Shown here piece by piece: positions 1-12,972 of a stretch of DNA of 64,000 nucleotides. Made by a program: the position numbers and the translations under genes. How positions within the stretch are numbered: the stretch's first letter is position 1; every line of letters starts with the position of its first letter. The notes below the pieces were generated by a model, which ran no database searches, had not been told where the DNA came from, and was given only the letters and a program-made list of their open reading frames with translations. The stretch comes from Amoebidium appalachense (taxonomy: Eukaryota; Protista; Ichthyosporea): positions 6,901,921 through 6,965,920 of the forward strand of contig CAVNZM010000011.1 of assembly GCA_963693365.1 (NCBI GenBank). The letters run 5' to 3'.

Positions 1-1055
1 CCACGTGCACAGGCTTTGGCGGGCCCCTAAGAAGCTTACTTGTGCCATTCTCCTCACGCGTTGCCATGGAGTTGGATGGGTCAACAACTTGACCCGGCAG
101 TGTTGGAGAGGCAGGCGCCAACGCTGCGTCAATCGCTACAAACTGAGTGAAAGATGAGGTGACACAAAGACACACCACATAGCCACCGCTAGCGAGATCG
201 ACCTGCGGACGCCTATTGCAAGCGTGTTTGGAGACTTTGGACGCGCGGCGCCGCCAAGTTCGTAACACGTACGGTTTACTTCTACACATTTTCAACATGC
301 AAGGCTTTCTTCTCTTCGATGACGGTCTATTGATCAGCGACACATCACTGTGACATCTTCATGATCAACTCATCATTATCAAACAACAACAAACGTGAAA
401 ATCTTACAGCTATTTAGACCGAGCACTGGGTGCGCATGCTGGAAAGCCATCGTCACCGCGCTTTTTCTTGTTTCGCTGTCTTATGCATCCCGTGCGGAGT
501 CCGCGGACTCTGCCGTCTCTGCGCCGTCTGAGTCTGCGGAGTGCATCAGTGATGAGTGAGCTTACGAGTCACTGAACATATATACTGTATACAACAAAGT
601 CGTGTTGTTTTGTTTCTGTGCAAACAGATTCAGCTGAATGTCTCGAACGACATGAAGGGTCTTAGACTTGCAACTGAAGACTCGGCGACGAAGCGCTTTA
701 TACGCATTTAATTTGGACGGTTCCCTTTCAACCGTTCCCCGGCTGCGCTAATGGCTACGATCATGCATATGTGCTGGTGCACGCGCTTCATGTGACACGT
801 TGCCGAAGCTCACAATGCCCGAGGACAGCTATAAGAGCCTGATCATGCACTTTGGCTCAGGTACCCACCTTCAAAGTTCTTGTTGGGACACGACGAAAGT
901 CTTTGATACCGTGGATTTTTTACAAACTTGAACTGGTCAACAACATCTGGTTCAAACGGTGTGCCATATTTGTATTTGTCACGCAACCCACCTCTTTCCC
1001 CCCCTTCCTTCTTTTTTCTGCCAAACTCTTAATTAAAAAAAAAAAAAAAAAGAAA

Positions 1056-1925
1056 ATGCCGTCCCTTCTGACAAGTCTGGCAGCCATTGCCGTGGCCTTC
1101 ACCTCGTCTTCGGTCGACGGCGCAGCCACAAAACCAAAAACAACCACCAAAAAGGTAACCACTGCCCGCACGGAAGTTCCCTCCGGCTGCCCAGCCGGAA
1201 CACGCAAGCTTCTATCCGCGGATTTTGACGGTCACTCTCGTGGAGGCTACTCGAGCAGCGAACTGAACAGCGATTTCCCCGGAACATTTGCCATCAACAA
1301 TAAGTATGAGCTCGTCGAACTGGTCGCGGACGGGAACGGAGGCAACGCGCTCCGTCACCGCCACCGTAGCGGGTGCGCTGGCGGTAACTGCGGGATGTGG
1401 TTTCAAACGAAACTGCCTGAGCAAGTCGACACCGTTTACTACTCTTTCCGTTTGAAGTTTGTCGGCGACGGGTTCGATTTCCGAAAGGGAGGGAAACTCC
1501 CCGGGGTCTGCGGCGGAACGTGCAACGCCGGGCACAGGAAGCCTAACGGACACGACGGGTGGAGCGTGCGCGAGATGTGGGGAGGGAGGGGTGACCGGGC
1601 GTGGCTTGAAAACTACGTCTACCACGCAGGTCAACCCGGGGCGAAAGGAGAAGGTTTTTTCTGGTCGAAGGAGGTCCGGCCGGACAATTGGTACAATCTG
1701 CGCGTCAAGGTGGATATGAATTCCCCCGGGAGGTCGGACGGCACCGTGGAGGCGTGGTTGGATGGGGATAAGGTTTTGTCTGCCGACGGGATGAAGTTTA
1801 GGTCTACTGGCTCGCTCAAAATTGAATACTTCCAGTTTTCGAACTTCTACGGTGGCGAGGATTCGTCTTGGGCTCCTCATGGCGACCAGTACATGGATTT
1901 TGATGATTTCCTTGTGTGTGGATAA
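1056..1925 (+). CDS. Secreted polysaccharide lyase, PL14-like (alginate/glucuronan lyase), intronless, 289 aa
   Basis: ATG at 1056 after an A-rich tract. Signal-peptide-like MPSLLTSLAAIAVAFTSSSVDG, then a Thr/Lys linker, then FDFRKGGKLPG, GWSVREMW, NSPGRSDGTVEAWLDG and FSNFYGG motifs that I recognise from PL14-type lyases. Family assignment is by motif recognition, not a search. Confidence 0.85.
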   Translation: MPSLLTSLAAIAVAFTSSSVDGAATKPKTTTKKVTTARTEVPSGCPAGTRKLLSADFDGHSRGGYSSSELNSDFPGTFAINNKYELVELVADGNGGNALRHRHRSGCAGGNCGMWFQTKLPEQVDTVYYSFRLKFVGDGFDFRKGGKLPGVCGGTCNAGHRKPNGHDGWSVREMWGGRGDRAWLENYVYHAGQPGAKGEGFFWSKEVRPDNWYNLRVKVDMNSPGRSDGTVEAWLDGDKVLSADGMKFRSTGSLKIEYFQFSNFYGGEDSSWAPHGDQYMDFDDFLVCG

Positions 1926-3282
1926 AGGATTATAAACAATGTGGGGCCGGTAGCGCTAGCATAGTGTGTGTCAGTATGTGTGTGCCACCTATGCGTATTA
2001 ATGCACATGTGTCCGCAGAGTTCACATGACAGATAGCAACTTGCGCCGTTACATTACACCAGATGGCAGCATTGTACATACAGCTGTACAGGGGTACGTT
2101 ATGATATAGACTAAGTGCTGAAAGCGTTTGCAAGATCTCTAGTTTTCGATGTAATGGTTATTGCATTTTGAACAAAGAAGTTATACCAGTATTCTACGGA
2201 ATTTTCCACGGAATGTTGTACCAAAAGAAGTGGCAAATATGGTAAAAAGTAGCAAGATTTTCGCATAGAGCTTTGCCGTGTACAGACCCAAGACTGACGT
2301 TGTACGCAAGGCAACAGGTTGCGTTTCACGGGTACAGTTAGAAACTTAGCAGCAGTCTCCAGTTTTTTTGCCAATGATGCATAAACAACCTTGTTACAAT
2401 AAAATCAGTTACTAAGTTTATGAGTTCAACCCAATGATTAAAAAGAATGCTACTAGGAAAACTATCCTTCTTCAGTAACTTTGAATGCTCTACTAGAGTA
2501 TGCAATGTCTTCTGGAATGAACGCTTCCCGAAGTCTGGCAAACCAAACCCAATCCAACTCTTCGGATGATTTCACGAGCACAAAACTTCCTCCCCCCCCC
2601 CTTCCCCCTCCATTTCAACGTGTGGTTTGCACACAGCATTGTGCTGTCCTTTTAGTAACATTATGTGTTGCCCGCTATAAATGTTAATATGTACTTCATA
2701 CACTACAACACATGCCAACTCCCCCCCCTCCCCCACCCCAACACACACTCACCCCAGCCGTGTAGGGCCCCGCCGCCGCCTCCCAAAACCCCACACACGT
2801 GCTGGCGCACACACACACAAACACACCAAAAAGTGTGTGTGTGTGGGGGGGGGGGGGGGGGGGGGGGAGGCTGTACATGGTAAATTGAGGCATCCCCTCC
2901 CTCCCCTAGCCGCCTTCCCCCCCCCCCCCCCCCCCCTCCCCCCCAGTAGTAGTAGCCATTAAGGGAGGTGGAGCCGGCTCAACTTACCACGTATGGTTGC
3001 CTTTTTTTTTTTTTTTTTTTTGTTTCGCCTTCCTTGATTTTGTTGTGTTTGTGTGTGTGCGCGTGTATGTGTACGCACACGCAAGCGTGTGTGGGTGAAA
3101 CGGGTTAAGTGGCCACGGGGGGAGGGTGGGGGGGGGGGGGGAGGCGGGTGGCAAGGTCGTTTTTTTATGGGGGTTAAAGACCGAGAGAAGTCTGTGAGAG
3201 AGAGCAGAGATCTAGAAAGAGAAGAGAGATCTAACTAAAGACAGTCTGGCAGCCAATAATAACAATCTGTATTTTCGAGCCT

Positions 3283-3318
<36 letters not shown>

Positions 3319-3461
3319 CTATTTGGGGGGGGGGGAGATAGATAGGGGGGGAGAGAGAGAGAGAGAAAGTGAAAAAAGAGAGGAATATAATGAGTGAGAG
3401 AGAGGGAGAGGGGGGGGGGGGGGGGGGGGAGGGGAGGGAGGGAGGGAGGGAGGGAGGGATC

Positions 3462-3593
<132 letters not shown>

Positions 3594-4929
3594 ATGAGCG
3601 CGCGCCTGCTCGTGAAATCAAAATTAATGCATTATGCAAGCTGTTGCCGTCATCTGATTTGTTTATTATCCTCCCTTTGACTTCAATGATTCACATGCTC
3701 GGCTTCTGTCCTCCCGGCCCCTCCCCCCGAGTTCCCCCCCCCCCCCCCCCCCCCCCCCCTTCCCCCCCCCTCCCCCCCCCCCCCCCCCCCACCACCACCA
3801 CCACCACCAGCAGCACCAGCAGCACCAGCAGCACCAGCACCACCACCACCACCGCCACCACCACCCGGTCCACCATATTCAATGATACGTAGGCCACTAC
3901 ATACAGTACACTGTGACAGGCCACTTGTATATTCATTCACGGACACTCGTCTGCTCGTGTACAGTGCAGCCCGAATTTATCACTGCACTGCAGCAGTGCT
4001 GATCATGACACAGTCACAGTGTGTGCACGCCTGGCTCAGACAGTCAGACATCAGATTCGCGAAGGCTTGTCACCGTTTATCCATGGCCATAGTAGAGTTG
4101 CTCCACAGACTGACAGGTGTGCGTGACACTTGTTCTCGAGGCTTCAACGTTGAAGAAGTTTCGCCTACAGATTTTTCAACCTGTGGCCCGTAGATACCAG
4201 GGCCAAATAAGAAAATTGCCCCAGAACGCGGTTTGTGGCTCTATTTAGTTGTTAGGGGCATCCAGGCATGGGAAAGAGAGGTTTTCAAATTGGCACTAAA
4301 CAAACAATGTTCGCACACTGCCCAAGCTCACTGCCCAGCCAGGCTGGCAGCGCCCAGCTGCAGTGTACATTACATGTACAAGTTCAGCGCTCGAGCGCAC
4401 GTGCGGAGATCCGCTATGAATTCGATCTGAGATAAGCACAGAATGCATATATACATTCTCAGATCTAAACATTCGAAAACGCGCACAAATACTGACTGTG
4501 TCACTGTATGTAATATTAGTGTGTGTAGAATCAGAGCCAAGTGCGCAGCTAAGCAGCGGGTTTGTAACAATGAGAATGTGAAAATTTATGTATGACTGGA
4601 TATGTAGGGAAGAATACAGAAGTAAAGCTTGCAGAACTTCCCACGCGTAGCATAAACTGATTTTGACTGATACATTCCAATCTTTAAAAAAAATTATCGG
4701 CTGTAGCGAATCAAAATGGATGCACATCTATATCCGGGGTTTACGCTGTTTACTCGAGGCAAAGAGAACCAGTCTCAGGTATGGGGGGGGGGGGTTTGCT
4801 CGGAATATCCCCTCAGCGGTATATCATGATCACGTACATAGATGTCGGGTGGTGACTATATATCAGGGTTTACTTTCTCTACGAGACACCATAAAGACTA
4901 CAAGGAGAAATCAATTAGTTGGGGTTCCC

Positions 4930-4978
<49 letters not shown>

Positions 4979-5011
4979 GGGCTCCCCCTCGGGACACTCG
5001 GTATCAGCTGG

Positions 5012-5080
<69 letters not shown>

Positions 5081-6904
5081 TGTGTGTGTGTGCGCGTGCG
5101 CTATAATTTTGTAGTGATGTGTTTCTCAAGCCAATCAATACATCTAATAAACAGGTCGTAGTTACGCGTGTTTAGTATAAAATCAAGGATGTTGTAATTT
5201 ACAGGTAGGCTATCTTTCTGGGTGTCTGTTGTGAATGTGACGTGTGTGTGTTGCGGTATTATGTGGTCTATCAAACTACATTTGGCGATACATGACCGGT
5301 TAAACTGGTGTGTGTGTGTGTTGTTTGGGCATGCAAATGATGCCACCTTATACTTATTAGATCTCCACTGTATAGCACGTGTACAGTAAAAGCGTGGCAA
5401 TTGATCAATAATACCATCAGCTAGAGAAAGACCAGTTCTACAGGAAGGTAATATGTATTTAGGTGTTATACACTTGCGAGTGCCATATTTGGCAATATGG
5501 TTGAGGCGGTCAGTATATATAAAACGAGACATAAGGCTTAGTTTTTCAAGGTGTATGCTTTCATCGGGTCTAGTCCACATCCTAATACACTAATACGGGT
5601 TCGCAATCTGAATCGCCCCGGAAATCATTCCTCATTTCTTCAAAGAGTCTGAAGACAATCTGAACTATTATTCTTGATATTATCGGACTCGGTAACGCCC
5701 AGAAGCAAAAACATTTAATGATGTTAAGTGTTATAGAGTTAAAAGAAAAATAACTAAACGTTTTGAATGATATTTGTCCTTAGGACTATTTTTTCCTATT
5801 GTCAAAATTCAATGTAAACCCCCCTAGATAGTGCATGGCCATCGGCAGCTTAAGCTTTATCCACCTTCAAGGCATTGCATTGTAACAGCTGCTTTTTGCC
5901 CGCAGCTGAACCCGATATAGCTGCTGGGTTTTGTTTTCATTACTACTAAACATTTTGGATAATACATATACGTGCCTTAGCGCTACTGGAAATATACACA
6001 CAAATCAACACAACAATCAACAATCAACTTGCGTCGCGTCACTACAGCATATACAGCCCTGGAGGGATAAAAAGGGTTTAGGGAGAACGCTCCCGCTTGC
6101 GTTTGCATAAATTCGGATTGCCTGTGTAAATTTTCTCATGCTTTTGCTTCGCTCCGAAAAATGCGATGACGTAATGAAGGACTGGGAGAAGGGCTACTCA
6201 TATACCAAATGACGCTTTAAGTGATGAAAGTTTAAAATATGAATAAAAAACAGGTTTTGGTCAACTAATTAGTATTTTTAAACATAACGCGACACACATT
6301 TACTGTATAAGCAACATGGGGTGTCCGCCGCTTATTTTATGGTGAAAACTAGAGAAAACTATGACTTTTTCATAGACGATCGGCCAAGGCCCTGACAGTC
6401 GGAGGCTTAGCCGAACGGATTTTGGCCGATTTTGACAATGAAGGAAGCGCCGGTCGGACATCCCCGAAACCCTATGTCATTATTACGCGTTTTTTTATTT
6501 TCGACAACTTTTCATAATGAAACAAAGCCGGTTTTCTAAGTAAAAACGAGTGAAACATGCACCTCAGAGCCCTTATATTTGCGCCTCGGCCCCGATCGGG
6601 TGAGGGCAGCCCTTACCTAGCTTTTCGGAAAGTGGGCCAATCAGATGATCCGAATCTTGCAGGTTTGCGTGTATACACAGGTAAGCCATATAAGGTTAGG
6701 CCGACAATTCCAATGGGAATTCCGAACTAGTGTATAGCGGAAGGTAAACAAAAGCAACAGCCTTGTGCCATTTTCCATCAGACAGCACTCAAGCCACCGC
6801 ATACGCACGTATGTTTGGTTTGTTTCCGCGTGGTCTGTTAACAAAACAAAACGCTCTTTGAAATAATCCCAAAGAATTGAGATAACTTGGAATTAACAAG
6901 GAAA

Positions 6905-9900
6905 ATGCGTGGCACGATTTGCCTTTGGGCAGCCGCCCTTTCCGTGATGGCGAGCACGGTCAACGCAAACAACTTTTTCCTCACCAAATTTTTCCCTCGG
7001 CCGCCCCCACTGTTTGGAAATTTCCCCGGACCAAAAATAGGTTTAAAAGGAAAGGTTTCTCCCGCGTGCGCCTCCTTCCACGAAGAGGCTCTAAGGTACT
7101 GCTACATGAACAACGAAAACGCGTCCAACGACGTTATCAAGAGCTGCATCTCTTCCATCGTGGTGAATGAGCTGAGTCAGTGCAACAAGAGCGAGCAGGA
7201 TGTGCTCATGGGCTCGCGAGGTCCTGGAGTGTGTGGATGACTTCAACCAAGTGTGCGGTCCGAGGTGCGTGCTCGTTTTGTTAAACGCTCCTCATCACCT
7301 GATGATTTTCTGATCATGAAGACATGCATTCAGTGGTGTAGCGGCGGCTTTCATGATCATGATTCCGTAATTGTGTATCTTCTACACACACACATCAATT
7401 ACTTATCATCCCACCGCATATTAACATACATCCACCCACATCCACACATGTACAGATGCGCAGCGCAGTGCACATGCAAGGACTCCGACTACAGCAAGTG
7501 CGCATGCTCCCGCCCCCAGTGCTCCACCTGCCTCAACCTGTGTGTGCAGCAGAACGCTGCGGTGCTGGAGAAGAGCAAGTGCACCCCCGATAGCCTCGTG
7601 CCTTACATTGAAGACTTATTGCAGGACTGCCCGACATGTCAGGAGCGCGCCGTTCAGATGTGCCAGGTACGCTTATAATATATACATGTATCAATTGATT
7701 CCACTATTAATACCGTTGAAGTTACAGTGTTATAATTACACACACACATACACTACGGCGCGACCGTGATTTGCTCGTGTGTTTTCAAAAATTGTACACG
7801 GACTCATTACTATGTTTAGCTATGTGTGCATCATGACACACATCCACACATGGCATGCATGCCACACAACGTTGCTAACCACACCGACTAGTACTGTGTT
7901 AGATTCGGAACTTGAAGTCTCAATCGGTTTGCTATGTAACACAAAATTAGGAAAGCGAATTGCCACAGTGGGTTGTGGACGGTTTAAACTTTTTGAATTG
8001 TCGTCGAGAGAGATTCACCAGAGTCATCTACAGTATAATGCCAACTTCATGGATTATTTTCGTCCCATATCATTTTCCGTCAAGAATACTTCACGTACGT
8101 ACCAAACCTCACACGCCGGAGTTCTAAATATATATTTCTCAATTCGCAGAAGACTACGACCTTCCCCATCGTTTCGTGCCTTGTTGGAGCTGCAGGAAAC
8201 CAACTCCAAGCCCAGGGCTTTTGCACCAAGGAGGAGGTTTCAGACCTTCCAGATGATTTTTGTGCAAGTGCCGTCAACGACGCTGTGCTAATCAAGGAAT
8301 GCACAAAGTGTGTCCCCACCGATTTGGATTGCCGTGCTAAGTGCAGGTATATGTTCACCCACTCACCCACCTTCTTATGTATTCATTTGCCCTTGAAGGC
8401 TCCGTACATGACTGACCACAGCGTGTGGCTCTTGTGTTGAAAAAAAAACGATTCATGAGATGATCCGTGCGGTTTGATAAGGTTTTTTCCCTTCTAAATG
8501 AGCCGTCTACTCCTTTTTTTTAAAAAGAGAGAGAGAGAGAGAGAGAGAGATCTGCACACAAGCCAGCTCTCCTCCCGTGCTTTCGTAATATGGCCTCACC
8601 ACACGTTCATTGTGTGATTTAGGCAACACCGCCCAGCCATTCTTCTTCTTCTTCTTCTTTTTTTTTTTTTTTTTGCACGACCACTAACTCACACTGTTGC
8701 CCACGTGCACACACACACAGAGATGGTATGATGATGAAGTACGGCTGCAAGACGTCCAACGTCGACGCCGACAACAACGGGATCACGGACGACTGCGAGA
8801 GGTTTATGGAGAAGAAATGTGATCCCAACACAAAGGTTTTCACCTACGCCCAGTGCCTCATGAACCCTGCAAACCAGCTGACGGAGGAATGTACCGTGGT
8901 ATGTGCCCAAATTCCATCCATGATATTATCGCGCTATGTTTTTACAATCGGTTTACACTTAAAAGTTGATAATGTCGCACCCATTTTAGAGGTGATGTTT
9001 AAAAATGAAATGCCACACCATGCATATGAAGTTTTAGTTTCTTGTACTTAAAATGCACCATACAACACAAAGAGAATATGGCCACTCTTCCCGCAATCCT
9101 TCCCATCCCCCCCCCCCCCCCCCTCCCCTCCCTCCCTCCCTAGCCTCCCTCCCTCCCTCCCTCCCTCTCCCTCTCCCCCAACCCCTCCCCCCCCCCCCCC
9201 CCCCCCCCCTCTTCTAAGGATGGGCTCTGCTTATGATGCAAATTATGAGTTCGAATTTCATATCGTGTGTACTTTGCCCCAGTCTCCCTCCTACCCTTCC
9301 CCCCCCGGGGCCCTCTTCAAGGATGGGCAGCTTTTGATGCATGATACTCTGTTGGCGAGTCCGAAGCCCAAACTGTGTGTGCTCTGCAAATTGTGTCATC
9401 TGTCATATATGTTCTTCTTTATATGATCTGTAGTACATTCTAACCCCCCGGGCACACACACACCCCACCCCGCTCCCGCCCCCCCCCACTCCCCCCCCCC
9501 CCCCCCCACCACCACCACCTTTTTCTACACGTGTGTGTGTGTGTGTGTGTGTGTGTCTGTGTGTGTGTCTGTAGTGCGTTCTAGCTCCCTCCCCCCCCCC
9601 CCTCCTCCCCCGGGAACGCCCCGCGCCTCCTCCCCAAACGAAAAAAAAAATAAACCTAAGTAATATAACAACGCTAGATACCTAAATAAATGCGCCATCG
9701 TTTAACACGTAATTTCCCCCCCACCATCCCACAGGACGAGCTGACCCGTTTTGCGCAAAAGTACTGCGACATGTTCATGCAAACCACCAAGCAAAACACC
9801 TGCCTCTCCATATGCACGACCGGCGGCTCGCCTTTTCAATGCGACCAATGCTTCTCTGCCGCCAAGGCAAAATCCGGATGCGACAAAGTACCCACCGCAC

Positions 9901-10690
9901 CCGTTTCCAAATTAGGCAACCTTCTCGATCAGGTGGGCGGGAAAGTCACCACAATGCCCGTGCCTATTCTCCCTCTCCCCGACCCGAAGCAAGCCTCTGA
10001 TTTCTTCAAGAATTTGCCGAATGTGCTTGGTGGGGGGCCGAAGGGACCCACACCCACGGCTCAACCGGCTGTGGTTAGTCCAACGCCCGTAACACCACCG
10101 GCCCTGATGAAAATTGATGAAAAGCGCCCGCTGCCCGGGAATGTCGACGCTGACGGCGACTCTGTTACTGATGACTGCGCGGCCAAGGTGCAAGAGGTAT
10201 GCATGATCTTTAACCAATCATTATGGCCCGCTTGGCTCCCACTCGTCCTTTAAGTTATCTCATGGGCTTTCTTTGTGTTAATTCCACGCAGCTTGCATAT
10301 GAAGTGTTTTCCTGTTTGCACTAAATAACACGTGGCAATGAGGGAGCTAGAAAAAAAATTCTTGACTGGGGAGTATGGCATTTCATCGCATTATCAATTC
10401 AAGGCTGTAAGTTGCCCGTTTAGTAGACAGATTGCGGATGTTGATTATGCATTTACCCTGCACACCAGGTTAACGTTTTTCCTGTTTTTTGGCCGTGATA
10501 TTGGGTTACGGCCTTTGGAAATTTCAGAGTTTAACTAACCAACCATGGCTTTTTCCCTCCTTCTTTGCTCCCCTCTCTCCTCTCTCCCCTCCCCCCCCTC
10601 CCTCCCTCTCTCTCTCTCTCCCCCCCCCCCCCCCCCCATCCTCCCTCCTTCCCTCCCTCCCCCCTCCCCCCCCCCTTCCCCCCCTCCAAT

Positions 10691-10733
<43 letters not shown>

Positions 10734-11429
10734 ATTTATCTCATCCCTTGCGGTTCCTTCGATCAGATGTGTGACCCCAAAAGATATGGAGACAGATTCG
10801 ACAACTGCATGGCGTCAAGGGTATGCCGGTTCAAACCCTACTGCACCGGGAAAGAGCTCGTTACTATCGCAACTAAAGTCTGCGCCGTGGTTCGGAAGGT
10901 AAAAAAATAACCAAAATACAAACCCCGTAATTCCGATTTTTCCCATATGAATATTTCCGTTTGTTTTTCGGATTCGGAAGGTAACGAATACCAAAATATA
11001 AACCCCGTTATTCCGATTTTTCCCATATGAATATTTCCATCCGTGGTTCGGAAGCCTTAAAATATCAAAATATACGCCCCGCCAATCTCCGATTTTCCCA
11101 TATGGACATTTCCGTTTGTCGTTCGGGAGGTTAAGAATACCAAAATATAAACCCCGTAATCACTATTTTTCCCTAGTGAATGCTTCCGTTAACCCCCCGA
11201 TCCGATCTCTCCGATGAGTCCTCCATGGATTAACACGGTATTTATGTACGTGCATGTATTTACATATCATAACGATCCATCAATTTCCGTTTCCTATTGC
11301 AGTGTGCGGCTTCCATTCCAGTTTGTGTATTTACGTATATATGACCCTGAAGTTTATTTACCCCGATGACGTGCACTTCCTTTGCAATCATGTCTTGCAA
11401 CCACCACACATCTTGGGCGGGGCGGGGCG

Positions 11430-11463
<34 letters not shown>

Positions 11464-12504
11464 CTAATGCCGGGGTGTTGATGTTATGGCGTGTGCTTAT
11501 GGTGGCGTACGTGTGTGCATGTCGTGCGACAGCATGTATTCTAGTAACATGCATTCATGTACACTCCAGCATGACATTGTGCACACGTACGGCCTTCAAC
11601 GTTCCCAAACACACAAACTCACAACTACACACACGCTTCCATTTCCCCCCCCATAATCGCAGGAAGCAAGCAATAAATGTGGATGCCAGTGCGGTGGCAC
11701 AGACGCCGGCAGCGGGCCGGCCGTGGTGACATGCAGCCTCGCAGCAAGTTCGTGTTGCCAGCAGGCCACAAACGAGGCCGGGTGCACGCTCCAAGGGGCG
11801 CTAACCACCACCATGGAATCGTTGCTGACGAGGGTGGATACCCCGTGCAGAATGCTAAAAAAGATCTCCAAAAAGAGGTATTTATCTATCTACCCCCCAG
11901 AGAGTTACCACTTTTTATTAAGCTTCAAGTTGTCTTAACCGCCCCCCCCCCCCCCCCCCCCCTCACCCCCTTTCCCCGCCTTCCCACACCCTGCCTTACC
12001 CTCTCTTCCCCTCTCCTCCCCGGGCCCCCTTCCCCTCTTCCGCTCCCTTTCCCCACCCCAGGCGCTTCTAGGCCCCCTTCCAATACCCTCCTCCCCCCCC
12101 CCCCCCCCCCCCCCCCTTCCCTCCCCTCCCCCTTCCCCCTCCCCCCTTTCTCCCTCCTCCCGTTTAAGCGCCCTTGCCGTCTCCTTCTCAAATGGCATTG
12201 TTATGATATCTTTTCTAGCATCTAGCAAAGACTCCATAAATGACACTATTAGTGATTTTCGTAGGCTACCTAGTGGAGATCATACGATCGGTCTGCTGTG
12301 AGAAGCACATTCCATTCTTTTGTGCCAGTATTTTATTATGCCATCTCCTAGGGTTCCGAGGTTGCCCGGTAAATTCTATGTTATTAACCTATATTGCGTA
12401 AGCTATGCTATAACTCTGTCTTGAGTCAAATATTTTAACGCACTTGCCGCCACTTTGGCAGGGCCGAAACTTTGTGGGGCTGTCCTTAGCCGCATACACA
12501 ATCT

Positions 12505-12554
<50 letters not shown>

Positions 12555-12934
12555 CTCCCACCCTCCCTCCCTAGGCTCCAGGTCAGCAGGGGGGGGGGGG
12601 GGGGGGGGGGGCACCTTTGTTGGGCTATCACTGTTAGGCGTAGTCTGAGCTAATATGATACTAAGTGCAGACTTGACACAACCCGAAAATCCGCACTTAG
12701 CTTAATATTAGCTACGTTTTTCGATTTCTCACTCAGTCATAATTTTGAACTATTAGCTCATTTTTTCGATATCTCACTCAGTCATAAAAAACAACTCTTT
12801 TAAAACCATTTATCTGACACTCACACACACCCACAACAGACGTCCTGGCAAGAAAGGGCCAGCCATAATCAGACACTTCAGTAAAAACTACAACGATGAC
12901 GTCGCCAAAGATGAGGTATTTGTCCCCCTCCCCT

Positions 12935-12972
<38 letters not shown>

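Noticed and set aside
40-142. Possible minus-strand exon (FVAIDAALAPASPTLPGQVVDPSNSMATREENGT) with AG and GTAAG boundaries
   Set aside because: Single short segment at the window edge with no recognisable homology or partner exons.
852-1055. N-terminal extension of the 357-aa ORF
   Set aside because: It starts at TTG and runs through poly(A); the ATG at 1056 gives a clean signal peptide.
1212-1880. 222-aa antisense ORF
   Set aside because: Shadow of the GC-rich lyase coding strand.
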